Assembly (NCBI GenBank): GCA_002269645.1
Contig: NIVC01000712.1
Location: 372,001 to 436,000 of the forward strand
Direction of reading: 5' to 3'
From: Macrostomum lignano
Taxonomy: Eukaryota
Length of the DNA: 64,000 nt
Shown here piece by piece: positions 1-12,256 of the stretch (positions are counted from its first letter, which is position 1; the number at the start of each line of letters is the position of its first letter). A model generated the notes under the pieces. That model ran no database searches, had not been told where the DNA came from, and was given only the letters and a program-made list of their open reading frames with translations. A program made the position numbers and the translations under genes.

Positions 1-240
1 CCGAATTGTTTAACAAAAGTTTTATACTTCAAAAGAAAACAAAATGAAAAATAGCATGCAATGGTTGGTGCAAAATGTCAGGCATCGACTACCTGTAGGT
101 GTACTGCTTCGGCATCAACTACCTCGACAGTGTTTACTTAAAAAAATTTTCCCAATATTCCCTGCCTCTTACCTTCCTAATTTCTGAGATCTGCCGCCAG
201 CCGGCGAAAATAAAACTAACTAACAAGTCTGCTTTCCCAA

Positions 241-900
241 GCCTATGACTATGACTATGACTATGATAAGTACTTCCGGCGCCTCAGCCTAAGTAAAAAG
301 GCTCTTACGCCACTAGAGATAATTTAGATTCCAGATTGGGAGTGTACTCATGTACACTAAAAGCCAATTAGACTATAGAGGACTGTACAGGGCAATAACA
401 TAAAATCCAAACCTCCCCGGGCGACAGTGACAGCGGTTCGACGAACCAGTCAGGAGCCCGTGCCCAAAAACCAGGTTAGAAGGCCCCTTAGCCTGTTAGG
501 GATGGCCCGAAGGCCTAGAGCCGTGGCAACCATGCTGGGGCCGACCGCCCACCACCCCCGGGTACATATCAAAAACCTCCCCGGGGCCAGAGGGGGTTGA
601 GTGAACCATTCAGGGAAGCCCGTGCCTACTCCTGGGTTAGATTAGCCAATACCGGTCATTTTACCGCCCCCCACGGCCGTGGCAACCCGAAGGAGCCTCC
701 CCCCCAACTAAACCCCGGGTACTCTTGCCAACAGACAGTCTCTTATCTTTGAAGCGGCAGGAGGGCTAATCGCCGGGACTGTTTCACCCTTTGCTTCGCC
801 AACCCGCCATTTCTATTGTGACCGTGCCAACGGTCTCGTCCTGCTCAGACTCAGTCCTGGTTCTGGCACACTCCAGCTTTAATAGGGTCGCTGGCTGTAC
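241..900 (-). mobile_element. Possible 3' end of a non-LTR retroelement with a (TCATAG)n tail and a duplicated GC-rich unit
   Basis: (CTATGA)x4 at 243-266 abuts a GC-rich segment with two ~160-bp related units (409-568, 571-725). No protein motif recognised, and the right boundary is arbitrary. Confidence 0.3.
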
Positions 901-1261
901 GCTCAGAGGGCGCCTGAGGGATACCGTCAGAGCACCTTGGTACAGGTATAGGCCTGCCTTCCTATACAGCTACCCACAGCCCTTCCCGATCCACTATTAC
1001 CCTCCAACCCAGCCTACTCACTCATCACAAGCTTTCAGCCAGGCAGAGACAAGTTTCACAGGAGTGACTGCGGTTAGGCGTCTCTATGCGAGACAAAACC
1101 ATGCTTTCCCAAGCCCCAAACTGTTCTATACTTCTAGAGAATCCCGAAAACTAGCGATTTTCCCCCACTCTAATTACTTTCCCAAACCTAAACTACTGAT
1201 AGTAGGAAAAAAGCATATCTGCTTCGCTACTAACTCCCGTTCCTAAATAATGCCCTACTAC

Positions 1262-1355
1262 AGGTGTAGTAGGGTTTTATGAGGTGGGTGTAGTAGGGTT
1301 TATGGGTGGGTGTAGTAGGGTTTTATGAGTGGGTGTAGGGTTTTATGAGGTGGGT
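1262..1355. repeat. Short ~24-bp minisatellite (GTGTAGTAGGGTTTTATGAGGTGG-like, ~4 degenerate copies)
   Basis: Direct inspection. Confidence 0.8.
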
Positions 1356-4059
1356 GATAGGCTTTCTAAGGTCGGCGATTATTCTTGATCATGAATTTAG
1401 CAGTTTGAGATCGAGTGCCAAGCGCAGGGAGTGAAATGCTGAGTTCAAGCTTACCACTGCCAGTGACTATTTTACAAATGCAGTATTTTTCGTCGGTTTT
1501 TATGCAATTTCAGTCCCTCCAGCTTCATATAGCTCTAAGCTATCGAATGTTTTTTTATTGAATTGAAGTTCCCTTTCGTAATTGCACGCTCTGGGAAAAA
1601 CCACGGACTTGCCGCGGAAGATTGATATTTTGTGTACTTTCAAGAGCTGCATTAGAAGTGTTTACCAAGTGTGTTTCGAATAGACTGAGTATACAGTAAT
1701 TCCATGGAATTGCCTCAGAAATTTAGTGTGCATTTTTACACTAAAGTGAGTGCCTGAAGCGTACTTAAGCAAGGGACAGACAGAGTTATACTGTACAGTA
1801 TTAGCTTTGTAGACTTGTGTTCAAAGACACATTAACAAGGTACGTACGTGAACGCAAAAAAATAAAAACAAGTTTATCTATTCTACTCTTTCATTTGCTG
1901 GATACGGCATAGTTGAAAATCTCTTTCCGAAATCTTTTCGGTTTGCTACGGAGTTGTTTTCTGTCAGTTTACTTAGATATGTTTATAATAGTAGAAACAT
2001 TTATCTCTTTATGTCACTCTACGGAAAAGGGTATTGGGATTTTACGCCAACTTATTCGAATACAAGCCTCTCGGATAAAAGAAGGATCGCATCTCTGGTC
2101 TTAAATATACCAACGGCCGCAACTTCAGAATACCATCACTGTTTCAGTTCACCCAGTGTGAACTGCCGGAATGACTTGGAGAACCCATGATAGCGAAAAC
2201 GAGATTGGGGACTTCAGTTCCAGCTTTACCTTTAGGCTGTTATAGGGGGCAAAGAGTGGTCGTGCCAAGTGTCGAAGCTCTATTCGGACTCAAGTGGCGT
2301 TAAACAGCTGTCCGTGCTCAAGATGGCGTGCCGTCTAGTCCGTCGCTTGCCAAGAATCATAATCGGAATTAGGACTTAGGCTAGGGAAGCCTAACAATGT
2401 ATTTGCATCGGAAGACCGATTGAACATGTCACATGGACAAATCGCGGCTGATTTGGACATTGAAGTGTCGGCGAGATGGCTTAGGAGCACAATGATCGAG
2501 CGAGATCGTCAGATCAACGACTAAGCTACAAGATCAGGCCAAATTGCTTCGTTTACCGCTAGTGTTTGCCACGCCTAAAGGTGGACCACGGGGCGAAAAA
2601 TAAAATAAGAAGAGCCCACTGAGTTGGCCTGCACCGGACCCCAAGAACCAGGTGTAACTTTAATATCTCAAGGAGCCTAGGAGAAGTGAGAATTCTCGAA
2701 ACTGAGAATTTATATTCAGAACTGATAAAACGATAGACATTTATTACAGCACAGACAGAGTCTTTAAGCAGCCCAGTTTTCAAAGTACATTTAAGCAGGG
2801 TAACTAACGAGTGTTCAATAAAGATTTGAGAGAAGAATACGAAGCAGACTAAAGAGAAAGAAACTCACCAAAAAATAGCGAAGACAGGTGATATCCGTCA
2901 AGAACAACAACTGAGATATACATGTAGAACAGTTTGTATTATAGCAGCAATCGGCTGTACGTGTTAGCTCGTACATATCTGAAATTTTAGTAATTGCTAC
3001 TGCAAAGTGCATTTCGTAAAGTCTCCAAAGGCTTATTTTTTAACTTTGGTTCTTACCCTCTACCCATTTATCTCAAAGGTGAAAAGAAAAGTGAAAGACA
3101 AGTCAGGGGTGAACTAAAGGCCAGTAACTCGACAGAACGAATGAACTTTTTCCCAATAACGTTCATTAGAATGTGAAAAAGTCAGCCACTGACTGCAGTA
3201 AATTTCAATCAAGTTTCAGTCGACCACAGGAAATCCACCGAAGTGACTTCATTCAGAGGTACCTACCGAGCAGTGGAGCTGGCTGTAGCATGCGCTGGCA
3301 GGCAGTTCGGGCATCTAGTTTGCACTCTGTGACCGCCATCCAGCCTATCCACTTCCCTCTGCTCGAGCACATCCCAACGTGCACTCAATGAACCGGAAAT
3401 CTGTGTTCTACCAGACAATAAATATACAGCCACATTCTATTTTTTCACCCTTTTGAGTGGCTAACTAACACTCGCAACAACCAGCCAGAGTTGCTCGCTA
3501 CACTGGCTAACCCGCTCATGTGGAAGATATATGGAAGATCATGTGGAAGATATCGTGGAAGATAAAGTGCTCAGGGTTTCCACTGTTTAGAAGCAAGGGG
3601 CAGAAGGGCGCACATTGATTGCCAGTGTGTGCTTCTGTGATAGCCTAGACAACTGCACTCTATCAGACAAGAATTAGCTCACAGCTAGAGGCAGAACGGT
3701 ATGAAAATAAGTATGCTCATATTTCAGCGTGCAAAAAAGTCTGGGGAACTTCGGGCATGTAAGTACAGCCTATTCCGATTGTCTATATAAACGTGAACGT
3801 GAAAAAATTACGTCTATACTTTCAGCTTCAAAACTAGGCGATAAAACAGCCTCAACCAACAGCAGTAAAAGCAAGTTGAGCCTTTATCCTGATATATTTC
3901 GTACGCAGCTCTCTGCTATTAAGCTGAGTTAGTATCTTCGATTCTCTAATCTTTAATACGTTCGGTAAGAACGTCTTTGGGTTTAAAGTAAGTGTCTTTC
4001 TGTAGGATCTAACGTAAATAAATACGAGTAGTTGCAGACACATATAGTCTCCTATTAAT

Positions 4060-4340
4060 GTATGATTCCAAAGCCGCGAGGCCCCCATAGCAAACTCCAA
4101 GCTAAAAACAGGACAGGCGTTAGCCCTGAGGCTGCGCCCAATCCTTGCCAGCAGTAGAAGAGCTCCGCGTGAGAGTGGCGTTTGCGATCTGCATCCGGCC
4201 GGAATCCTTAGTCTTAACCTGGTACTAAGCGAGTAGCTGCGATGGCGCCTCCGCGAGCTTCGTTGAAGTGGAGGCAAAATATGACGCGGTGTTTCTTCCT
4301 CCAAGCCACAATTTGTAAGTGAAAGCCAATTGTTAATCGC
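4060..4340 (-). mobile_element. Degenerate 3' fragment of a LINE with a C-terminal CCHC knuckle (I/R1/Loa-like)
   Basis: Minus translation NCGLEEETPRHIL. The 3'UTR TGGGCGCAGCCTCAGGGCTAA...GGGGCCTCGCGGC resembles that of the fragments at 10986-11308 and 51760-52150. Confidence 0.55.
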
Positions 4341-4725
4341 CCGGTTGACGGATGACTTCGGGTCAGGTAGCTTAACCAAGGGGAGCGAACTATCCTGGGG
4401 TGCTGCTTCGTTTGGCGAGTTGATCTACCAGCTCGTTGCCAAGGATGTCGCTATGGCCTGGTGTCCAGATCACGTTAATTCTTTTTAGGATTGCTAGGTT
4501 TTGCAAGCTTTGGAAACAGTCTGAAACTAATTTAGTTGATAGCTATCAACTATAGAACAAGGTCACTCACGATCGACTTAAGGTGATTTTTTTCAAGTGT
4601 CAAAAAGGTCAAAGTAAATTGCTTGAAGAGTCCTGTGCTGAAACTTTTGTTGCTATTTTTTCCAGTAAAAATGTCGAGTTTAAATTAAGCTTGCTATGAA
4701 ATTACCCACAGGTTCGGTAGATTTC

Positions 4726-4733
4726 TATAAAAG
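4726..4733 (+). promoter_or_regulatory. TATA box of the DNase II gene
   Basis: TATAAAAG 30 bp upstream of the ATG at 4763. Confidence 0.5.
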
Positions 4734-4762
4734 CTATACGCACATAGCATACAAAAACGCGC

Positions 4763-6362
4763 ATGAGTTTGAGACGGATCAACTGGAAGCTGGCCGCGTA
4801 CCTGTTGCTACTAACGGTTTCAGCCAGATATTCTCAAGGTCAGCCGAAGAGATTCTCTGAAGAAGGTCAGGAAGATGATTTCGATAGCGATGAAGAGGCT
4901 ACTGAACCTACTGATAGTTTGATGGAGCGGATCAAACGCGAAAGTCAAATTTTAGATCGTCCAAGGACTCAAAATTTTTTACAAGCCTTAGAAGGCGGCG
5001 ACGCTTCGCAAGCTCTTCGTATCATACATGAGCAGCAGACAGGACTAACGAACCAGGCTCAGTCGCGGCAGGCTAACGAGAATAATAGCCTTGACAGGCT
5101 GGGAGGACTTTTAGATTTAGAAAGGATGGTGAAGAAGGTTTATGGCTCATCAACTTCTGGTGAGGGGCTTAGCAGCAATTTAGCTTCCATAAACCAATCC
5201 GCTGGTGCCACTGCTCCTCATTACCAACAGCTCAACAGCTCAGCTTTTGAAACTATTGGTGAACCACGACAGCCAAACACAGGAGCACGAGCTGTCTTTA
5301 GGGGGCACTCTTATGCACGCTGGTATCAGGTCTTCGACCCCCCCCCCCTTATCATCCAGCCAGAATGAGGCGTGGGTGAACGACCTAGTAGAAGATTTCA
5401 GGAAAGTAAAGCTTGCGCCAACCCAAGAAAAGAAGTCGCCACCGAGCTGTCTGAATTCTGTCGGCCAGCCAGTCGATTGGTTTGCCACCATTAAAAAAAA
5501 CTTAGGTTGGAACTACTTGTCCGTGACTGCGGCAGGTTGGGAGCAAGATATGCCTAACAATGACATTCGGAAAAGTGGGCCAGTATTGAAAACGCTGATG
5601 CAAGCTACTGCCAATGCCAGGAGATCATCCCACAGAATACTCGCCTACAACGATCAATATCCTGATGCAAAGTCATCGCAACGCTACGCTCACGCCAAAG
5701 GAGTCGTAATGTTTGACACCTACGAACTACGAGGCTTTTGGATTGTTCACTCGGTTCCATATTTTCCATACTTAGACATGCCAATTTTGGTATTTCCTAA
5801 AAGCGCTGAAATATATGCGCAAAGTTTCGGCTGCTCCACAATCATAGGCCAGTCACAATTCAATTCTGTTATACAACAGCTTCGAGCAATGAAAGTGCCG
5901 ATGTGCTACTCCTACAATGTGCCGCCGGTAGAAAATCAAATTCCATACCACCTCCTTGGTGGTATTACTAGTATTAATCTTGGACCACTTCGCCAGGTTT
6001 TTCATTTGGCAAAACCAAATAATTATAATTCCTGTATATATTGTGACCTATCTCACCATTTAAAAACAAACATGCTGACAGAGACATGGACAAGACAAAA
6101 GAAAACTTATAATCACATCCAAAGCGACGTTAAAGTGTTCGGAGTCGACTTTGCTAATGGCTTTCAGTACAGCGCTAATCAGGATCATTCGAAATGGAGC
6201 GTCAGTGACACCAGTTCGAAGCCCTGGCTTTGCATTGGGGACTTGAACCGACGCATTACAGATAGGGGAGGCGGCGTGCTGTGCTTTCAGAGCGAATTGG
6301 CGCAGCGATCTTTCTGCCAAGCAGCTCGAAATGATAACTCGCTTCCATTCAATTGCTATTGA
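4763..6362 (+). CDS. DNASE2: Secreted deoxyribonuclease II-family protein, intronless, with long N-terminal extension; split by a 1-nt frameshift at the C11 run 5338-5348
   Basis: Signal peptide MSLRRINWKLAAYLLLLTVSARYSQG. DNase II motifs SCLNSVGQPVDWF, ILAYNDQYP, HAKG, GFWIVHSVPYFP, ETW, DHSKW, CIGDLNR, RGGGVLC. ORFs 4763-5368 and 5205-6362 join if the C run is 10 or 13 long. Confidence 0.9.
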
Positions 6363-7820
6363 TCCAAAAAACTCAGGTAGCTATTGAACAAAGCTTTGAT
6401 GATCACAATTTTTATTTAAGAACTGTTGAAATAATTGAACGAATCAACTCAACATTTTAGAATTTTATATTTTTTCATTTTAACAAATATTATGCTAGTT
6501 TTATCACTCATCCACTGAAGTGTGCATAAGATATTCCATTCGATCAGTGATATTCGTTGATATATCTTTTCTTCAGGCTATGCAGAATTCCTTCGTTTAT
6601 CGTTCATTAGTGAACGAAAGGTTTAATATTTCCAGCATCTACTCCTTGTTACAATGTGATACATTCTTGCAGATGTGTCAAATGATTTTCGATTATTGCG
6701 ACCTCTCGATTCTTACGCACAGATAATTAAAGCACCTCGTAAAATATACATGTACTAGGTCATACTTATCTACTTTTTATCTCTAGGAAAAACGCGATGA
6801 AGTTGCAGGCATTCAATGTTGATGTGACAGAATTAGCCCCAGAGTTGCAGGTAGCTGGCATACGACTAAAGTGCGTACGAGTGCTGTGGGTGCGGGCAAC
6901 AGGCGGCACAGAGCGGGGCAGTGGGAACCCGATTAAAACTTGTGCAATTTCAGGTGCTCTATAGGCATTTGGAACTTCTTAAAAACACTTTGAAAGCGCG
7001 TAAAGCATCTTAAATGCTCCTTGGAAGCGACTGAAACGACTCTGACATCTGGCATAATGATTTCAGCAGAGGAATTTTTAAGACGTTTATATATGCCGAA
7101 CTTTCTCCTGTTAGAAGAAATACACCGAGAAAGCGCCTGATCGTCGCTTATTACGAAGCAAGCTGTCTTTCTAACAATCCTTGCTGGTTCTATCCTTGCT
7201 GATATTAGTTCCGACAATGTAGATTATAAATAAAACCAGAGGGCCTCTCAACGACTGAAATGTGTCTGATTAGCGCCACGAATTTTTAGGCTTAGTGACT
7301 CTGTAGCGACTTAAATCCGACTGAACCGCATAAAATCCCATATAATCTAATCTATAAAGTCTACTATTTTATCTGTAGTAAGACGCTTCTTAGACGCTTA
7401 TAAGGCGGTTTGTTCAGACGTTGCGGAGTCGTTACTTAGAAAGGCCTCCAATGTCTGAGCATTTCTATATTCCCTTTTCATCACGGAAATGCAGCTACGA
7501 CCTTAAGGCAGAGAGGCAAAAGACTCCGCGCGATTGAGCTTCTTGATATCCGGGTTTTTGGCTTTCTACAAAGCCGCTGTCCTGGGTCTTCAGCCATGTT
7601 CCTGTCGTCTCTAGTACTCTTTTTGACTGGTAGTCAATGAGTTCCGCATTGAGAATTTCGTTGGTGACGTCGAAATCGGCTATGGAGAGCTTCCAGGAGA
7701 CTTCTATAGCTTGTATTACGTGTTTTTAAACAATCGATTGCGGCTAAAATTTTGGCGCGTAAATTATCTTTGTTGCTACAAAGCTTATTCAACCGTACAT
7801 GTATTACTACCTGTAGTAGT

Positions 7821-8157
7821 CAGTGGCGTGCACAGGGGGCCGAGGAAGCGCCCCTACTCATCGCCGGCCAAAAATTGGGTCTCCTTAAAACAATTTAAAG
7901 AGGTTATCAAGCTTGATGAGTGACAGGGGCACCCATCAAGAGACAGGGGCGCCCACCAAGAGACAGGGGCGCCCACCAAGAGACAGGGAAGCCCACCAAG
8001 AGACAGGGGCGCCCACCAAGAGACAGGGGGAGCCCACCAAATGACGGAGGCGCCAACCAAGAGACAGGAGTGCCCACCAGCAGCGCCCTGAAGACACCCA
8101 GTATTGGCGCCCTACGGGTTGAGCCACCACCAATAGATATTCCTACGTACTTCACTG
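7821..8157. mobile_element. Putative MITE carrying an internal minisatellite
   Basis: Imperfect terminal inverted repeat CAGTGGCGTGCACAGG / CCTACGTACTTCACTG. No target-site duplication found. Confidence 0.3.
7921..8075. repeat. 20-bp minisatellite AGACAGGGGCGCCCACCAAG, ~7 copies
   Basis: Direct inspection. Confidence 0.9.
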
Positions 8158-8587
8158 CTTTTAATTTACTAAATTAGGATCGTTTTACACAAACGATTTG
8201 ACTTATAATTATTGAAATTGGAAGCAAGCATCTAAAATTGGCGATCAATATAACTCTTTTAAACTAAATTTGCCTTCCTCTCGCGTCTTTACTTTGCGGT
8301 ATGAAAAAACATTAGCCAATCAATACTCATATTTGGACCGCTGTGCTAGAATTAGTAGAATACTAAGAGTTGAATGCTGAAAAATTTCTATTGACTGTGA
8401 CAAAACAAAACCTATTATTCTCTGCCGAGAGAAAGGGTATATATACAGGCTGCTCCGATGCCATTTTAGCTGGCTAGATTCCCTAGGCAGATGATATAGG
8501 ACTTCGGTAGGGAGAGCAGTTTGATTCTAACTATCGATTAAACCCAGAACTAAGCCACTGAAACTATTATAACTGGAACCGAGCCAT

Positions 8588-9333
8588 ATGCGACCGTCTC
8601 AAAGAATCTCCGGTCTCGCTCTCATCTGTCTGCTATTGGCCAAGTTCCATCTGGCAGTCGCCAGAGATTACACTCGAACCTACCTGGGCTGCTACCCGGA
8701 CCCAGATAACAAGGACTTGACAGGCCTTACCGGAGTCTCAGCGCTGCTTGGCTACACTGTCAAGTCTTGGTTGGCTGTGCAGCACAGTTCGATGACGTTC
8801 GAATTGTGCGGCTCCATCTGCTCGGCCGGCGGCTTCCCCTACATGGGGCTTCAGGTTCGCGTCGAGTGCTTCTGCGGCTGGAGCTACGGGAATCATGGTG
8901 CCCCTGTCGAAGCCGACTGCGATATGAGTTGCGAAGGAAATTCGAGCCAGATCTGCGGCGGAGATACCAGCAGCTCGGTGTTCGGACTGCAGTACACCAG
9001 TGAGTCAATTTCATTACAATGACGCAATTAACCGATCGTGATCATGTACACGTAGCGTTCAACTGATGTAATGAGGCACTAAACTGTTTTTTTTTAATTC
9101 CAGGCCCGAACCTTTTCAAGCGATCAGCCAGGACTTACTTCTCCGTGACCAACCTGACCTCGTTCTACAGGAATGTGACTGCCGTGGAAAAGGCTCAGTG
9201 TCTGCTGCAGTGCATCAACGACTGTCAGGCTGTGCTGTACAACCAGCAGCTGAGCTTGTGCCATCTGCTGAAGTTTGTCCTGTTGCCAACCGAGCTAAAT
9301 ACTACTGATGGAGAGTTCTACATCAGATGCTGA
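8588..9333 (+). CDS. Secreted WSC-domain protein with C-terminal PAN/Apple-like module, join(8588..8999,9104..9333), 213 aa
   Basis: Signal peptide; WSC motifs YLGCY, MTFELCGSIC, YMGLQVRVECFCG, CDMSCEGNSSQICGG. GTGAGT donor at 9000 and TTCCAG acceptor at 9103 are phase-compatible. Exon 2 has CLLQCINDCQAVLYNQQLSLCHLL. AATAAA at 9394. Confidence 0.85.
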
Positions 9334-10985
9334 GGTGCAAAACTGTGCATTCACTGTGATGCTCTGTGCGATGCAAGTCGCGTGACAAAATGAAATAAAA
9401 GTGCGCCTATATTAAAACACTTCAAAAAATTTGCCGTCTTAAGCGACTGATTAATTTTTACGAGTTGAATCCTTGCTTCAGCATTTCTGACACAGCAGTT
9501 TTGAAGTGTTTGCTAAGACGGGCTTTGCCTCCATGTGGAAACATTGTATCCAATTACTGTCTTCTAAGACCTAGGTTTTGCCGTTTGTAGAGTAGAGTTT
9601 GGTTAAACATTTTAGGCAGGACAGATGGCTCAACAAAACACGGCAGAGTTGGAAAATCGCATTCTAAAGCATATTGGAGCTGGTAACTAAGGCGGGCTGC
9701 TTAAATACTGTAACTTGATGTATGAGAAGAACAATAGCTACCAGACACAGCTAATACTATTCTTTGAGGGAATTTTGGAGGGTAAAACAGCCAGTGGAAG
9801 ACGGATTTGTTTTAAACAAATAAACTTAGAGAGCTGCAGAGCTTTAGCACATTCTACATGCAGTACCAGGGAATCAATATACCTTTTAAATTACGAAATC
9901 CCAGATGCTTGTTAAAATACTTCATCTTATTGAGGAGCGGCAATGATAAAAAAGTCTAATATGAAGCAAACTGAATACGACTGCACGAAAAAGTCAGAAA
10001 GCTTAGAAATTGTGTTTGCCATGACGGCTTTCGTTTTCGCATACAGACTCTAGCGATGTCTCCAGATCAAAAAAAGCAAGTTAAAACTTTCTGTCTTCAT
10101 TGTCGCTAAGGTACAAAGGCTAGAAGGATTTCTGTGAGATTTTCTCAATCCGCGAGTAGTTTTCTGTGTTTTGTACAGTGAATGTATTGAATTGCAAGCC
10201 GGATTAAAGGAAACAAATGCGGATATATTGACGACGTCCATTGCTTCCAGGGACATAGCCAGGAATTTGTATTTGGGGGGGGGGGCATCATTCGAGGCGC
10301 TCTTCATCGTGCCAGGGGGGCGAAACTGCTGCAAAGGAGGCGTCAAACATCCTTCCTGGCTTTAGTCCTGCCCAACAATTTTAGTGCGAAGAAGGAATTG
10401 CTTCTCCATGCAATTTTTTCTTGGTAGACAGAAGTGTACTAAGGGGCTCACTCTTTTTTGTGTCATCCACAAGTAGTCATCTAAAGAAAAAAATTTCAAA
10501 TGATACCTCCAAAATCCAGGAACCTTGAAAAAGCATGCCTTCTGCAAAACGAGTTGGGCTATATTAAATTCAGTCAGTTTAATTGGCCAATTATTTATCA
10601 ACAGGTGTCAAAATCCCATTGGATCAATCGTCGATAAGACTTCATTTTAATTGCATATTTTCTGAGTTTATGATTTTCTCACAGAAAATTTTTTTGACGA
10701 AGTTTGGCGCCTCCTAGAGCCTTATAATACACTCGAGCCCCTTGCTTTTTTCTGCCTCCTGCAAGAGAATCGTAAAAATGAAAATGTGACGTACATATTC
10801 ATGTCTTCAAGTGCTGTATGTGCAGGCTGTAGTTACTGATTTTCCAATAGATTTTAGACAATCGCCATGGGACCTAACCGGCCTAAACTTAGTCAAATCC
10901 CTGGTGTGCAAACTGCAAAGCATTGAAAGCTTTCGTGCTCTTTTTCTATGGAATACTGAATTGCCCGATGCCTGATGCAGTAAGC

Positions 10986-11308
10986 CACTACTACTTACTT
11001 ACTTACTACTGACGGGGGGCGCAGGCGCCGCGAATAGGCCGCGAGGCCCCTATCGCAACCCCAAGGTAAAAGAGCACAAGGATTAGCCTTGGGGGTGCGC
11101 CCAGTCCCCGCCAGTAGTCGGCAGGTCCGCAGTGGAGGCATCGGCGACCCTCATCCGGCCGGAGTCTCGGACGAAGGCGCGGAGGTCTCGGATATTGTCC
11201 GGGGTGGTCAGCTCGTCCATCCGCTGGGGGTGGCCGAGGTATTTGTGCCGCGCCTTGTTGAAGTAAGGGCAGAAGATGACGTGATGCTCCGCGGTCTCCT
11301 CTCCAGGT
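10986..11308 (-). mobile_element. 5'-truncated LINE 3' end (CCHC knuckle, (AGTA)n tail)
   Basis: [24 protein letters not shown], followed by a 3'UTR and AGTAGTAAGTAAGTAAGTAG tail. Related copy at 51760-52150. Confidence 0.75.
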
Positions 11309-11730
11309 GTGGATACACCAGGTGTGCTGACTGGGGATACACCAGGTGTGCTGACTGGGGATACACCAGGTGTGCTGACTGGGGATACACCAGGTGTGCT
11401 GACTGGGAATACACCAGGTGTGCTGACTGGGGATACACCAGGTGTGCTGACTGGGGATACACCAGGTGTGCTGACTGGGGATACACCAGGTGTGCTGACT
11501 GGGATACACCAGGTGTGCTGACTGGGAATACACCAGGTGTGCTGACTGGGGATACACCAGGTGTGCTGACTGGGAATACACCAGGTGTGCTGACTGGGGA
11601 TACACCAGGTGTGCTGACTGGGGATACACCAGGTGTGCTGACTGGGGATACACCAGGTGTGCTGACTGGGATACACCAGGTGTGCTGACTGGGGATACAC
11701 CAGGTGTGCTGACTGGGATAGACCAGGTGT
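11306..11730. repeat. 24-bp minisatellite GATACACCAGGTGTGCTGACTGGG, ~17 copies
   Basis: Direct inspection; 23/24-bp units with internal palindrome ACACC-A-GGTGT and no spacers. Confidence 0.95.
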
Positions 11731-12256
11731 GATAGCAGGACTACTGACTACTTTTAGATGTTTGTGACCTAGCCCCCTAGTACATGTACTTAAAGCTACT
11801 TATAAAAATCTGCCTGCATCATAATGTCAGCTACTTCAACCACAGCCGGCGCACAAGTCCCGGGGAGAACAACTATGATCTTATCCCATGAAAATTGCCG
11901 CGTCATTAAGGCTTCATAAATTGAGCGATAACTGTTGCCTCATTGTTGAAGTAAGGGCAGAAGATGACGTTTCCAATACTCGTAACTCAAACAGTTTTCT
12001 GAGACCGTGTATACGCTCGTATTTATTTGATAAATTCAGCAAAATATATTGACAATTTCGTAGAAGTGTTGAGTTTTATTATTGACTCGATGAAAAATGC
12101 GCATTTTGTTTTTTATTCAAGCAACTTAGGTAGGCGCATGTAGTATTCATAGGTAGAAGAAAAGCATGAGAAAGTATTAGAACGCAAACTGATATGCGAA
12201 TATAAGCATTTAGAGAGAAATTTTATACGCTTTTTCAAGTTAGATCAACCTTAACT

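Noticed and set aside
11306-11730. CRISPR-like array (24-bp palindromic unit; also the 39-bp arrays)
   Set aside because: Units are head-to-tail with no unique spacers, there are no cas genes, and the context is eukaryotic.
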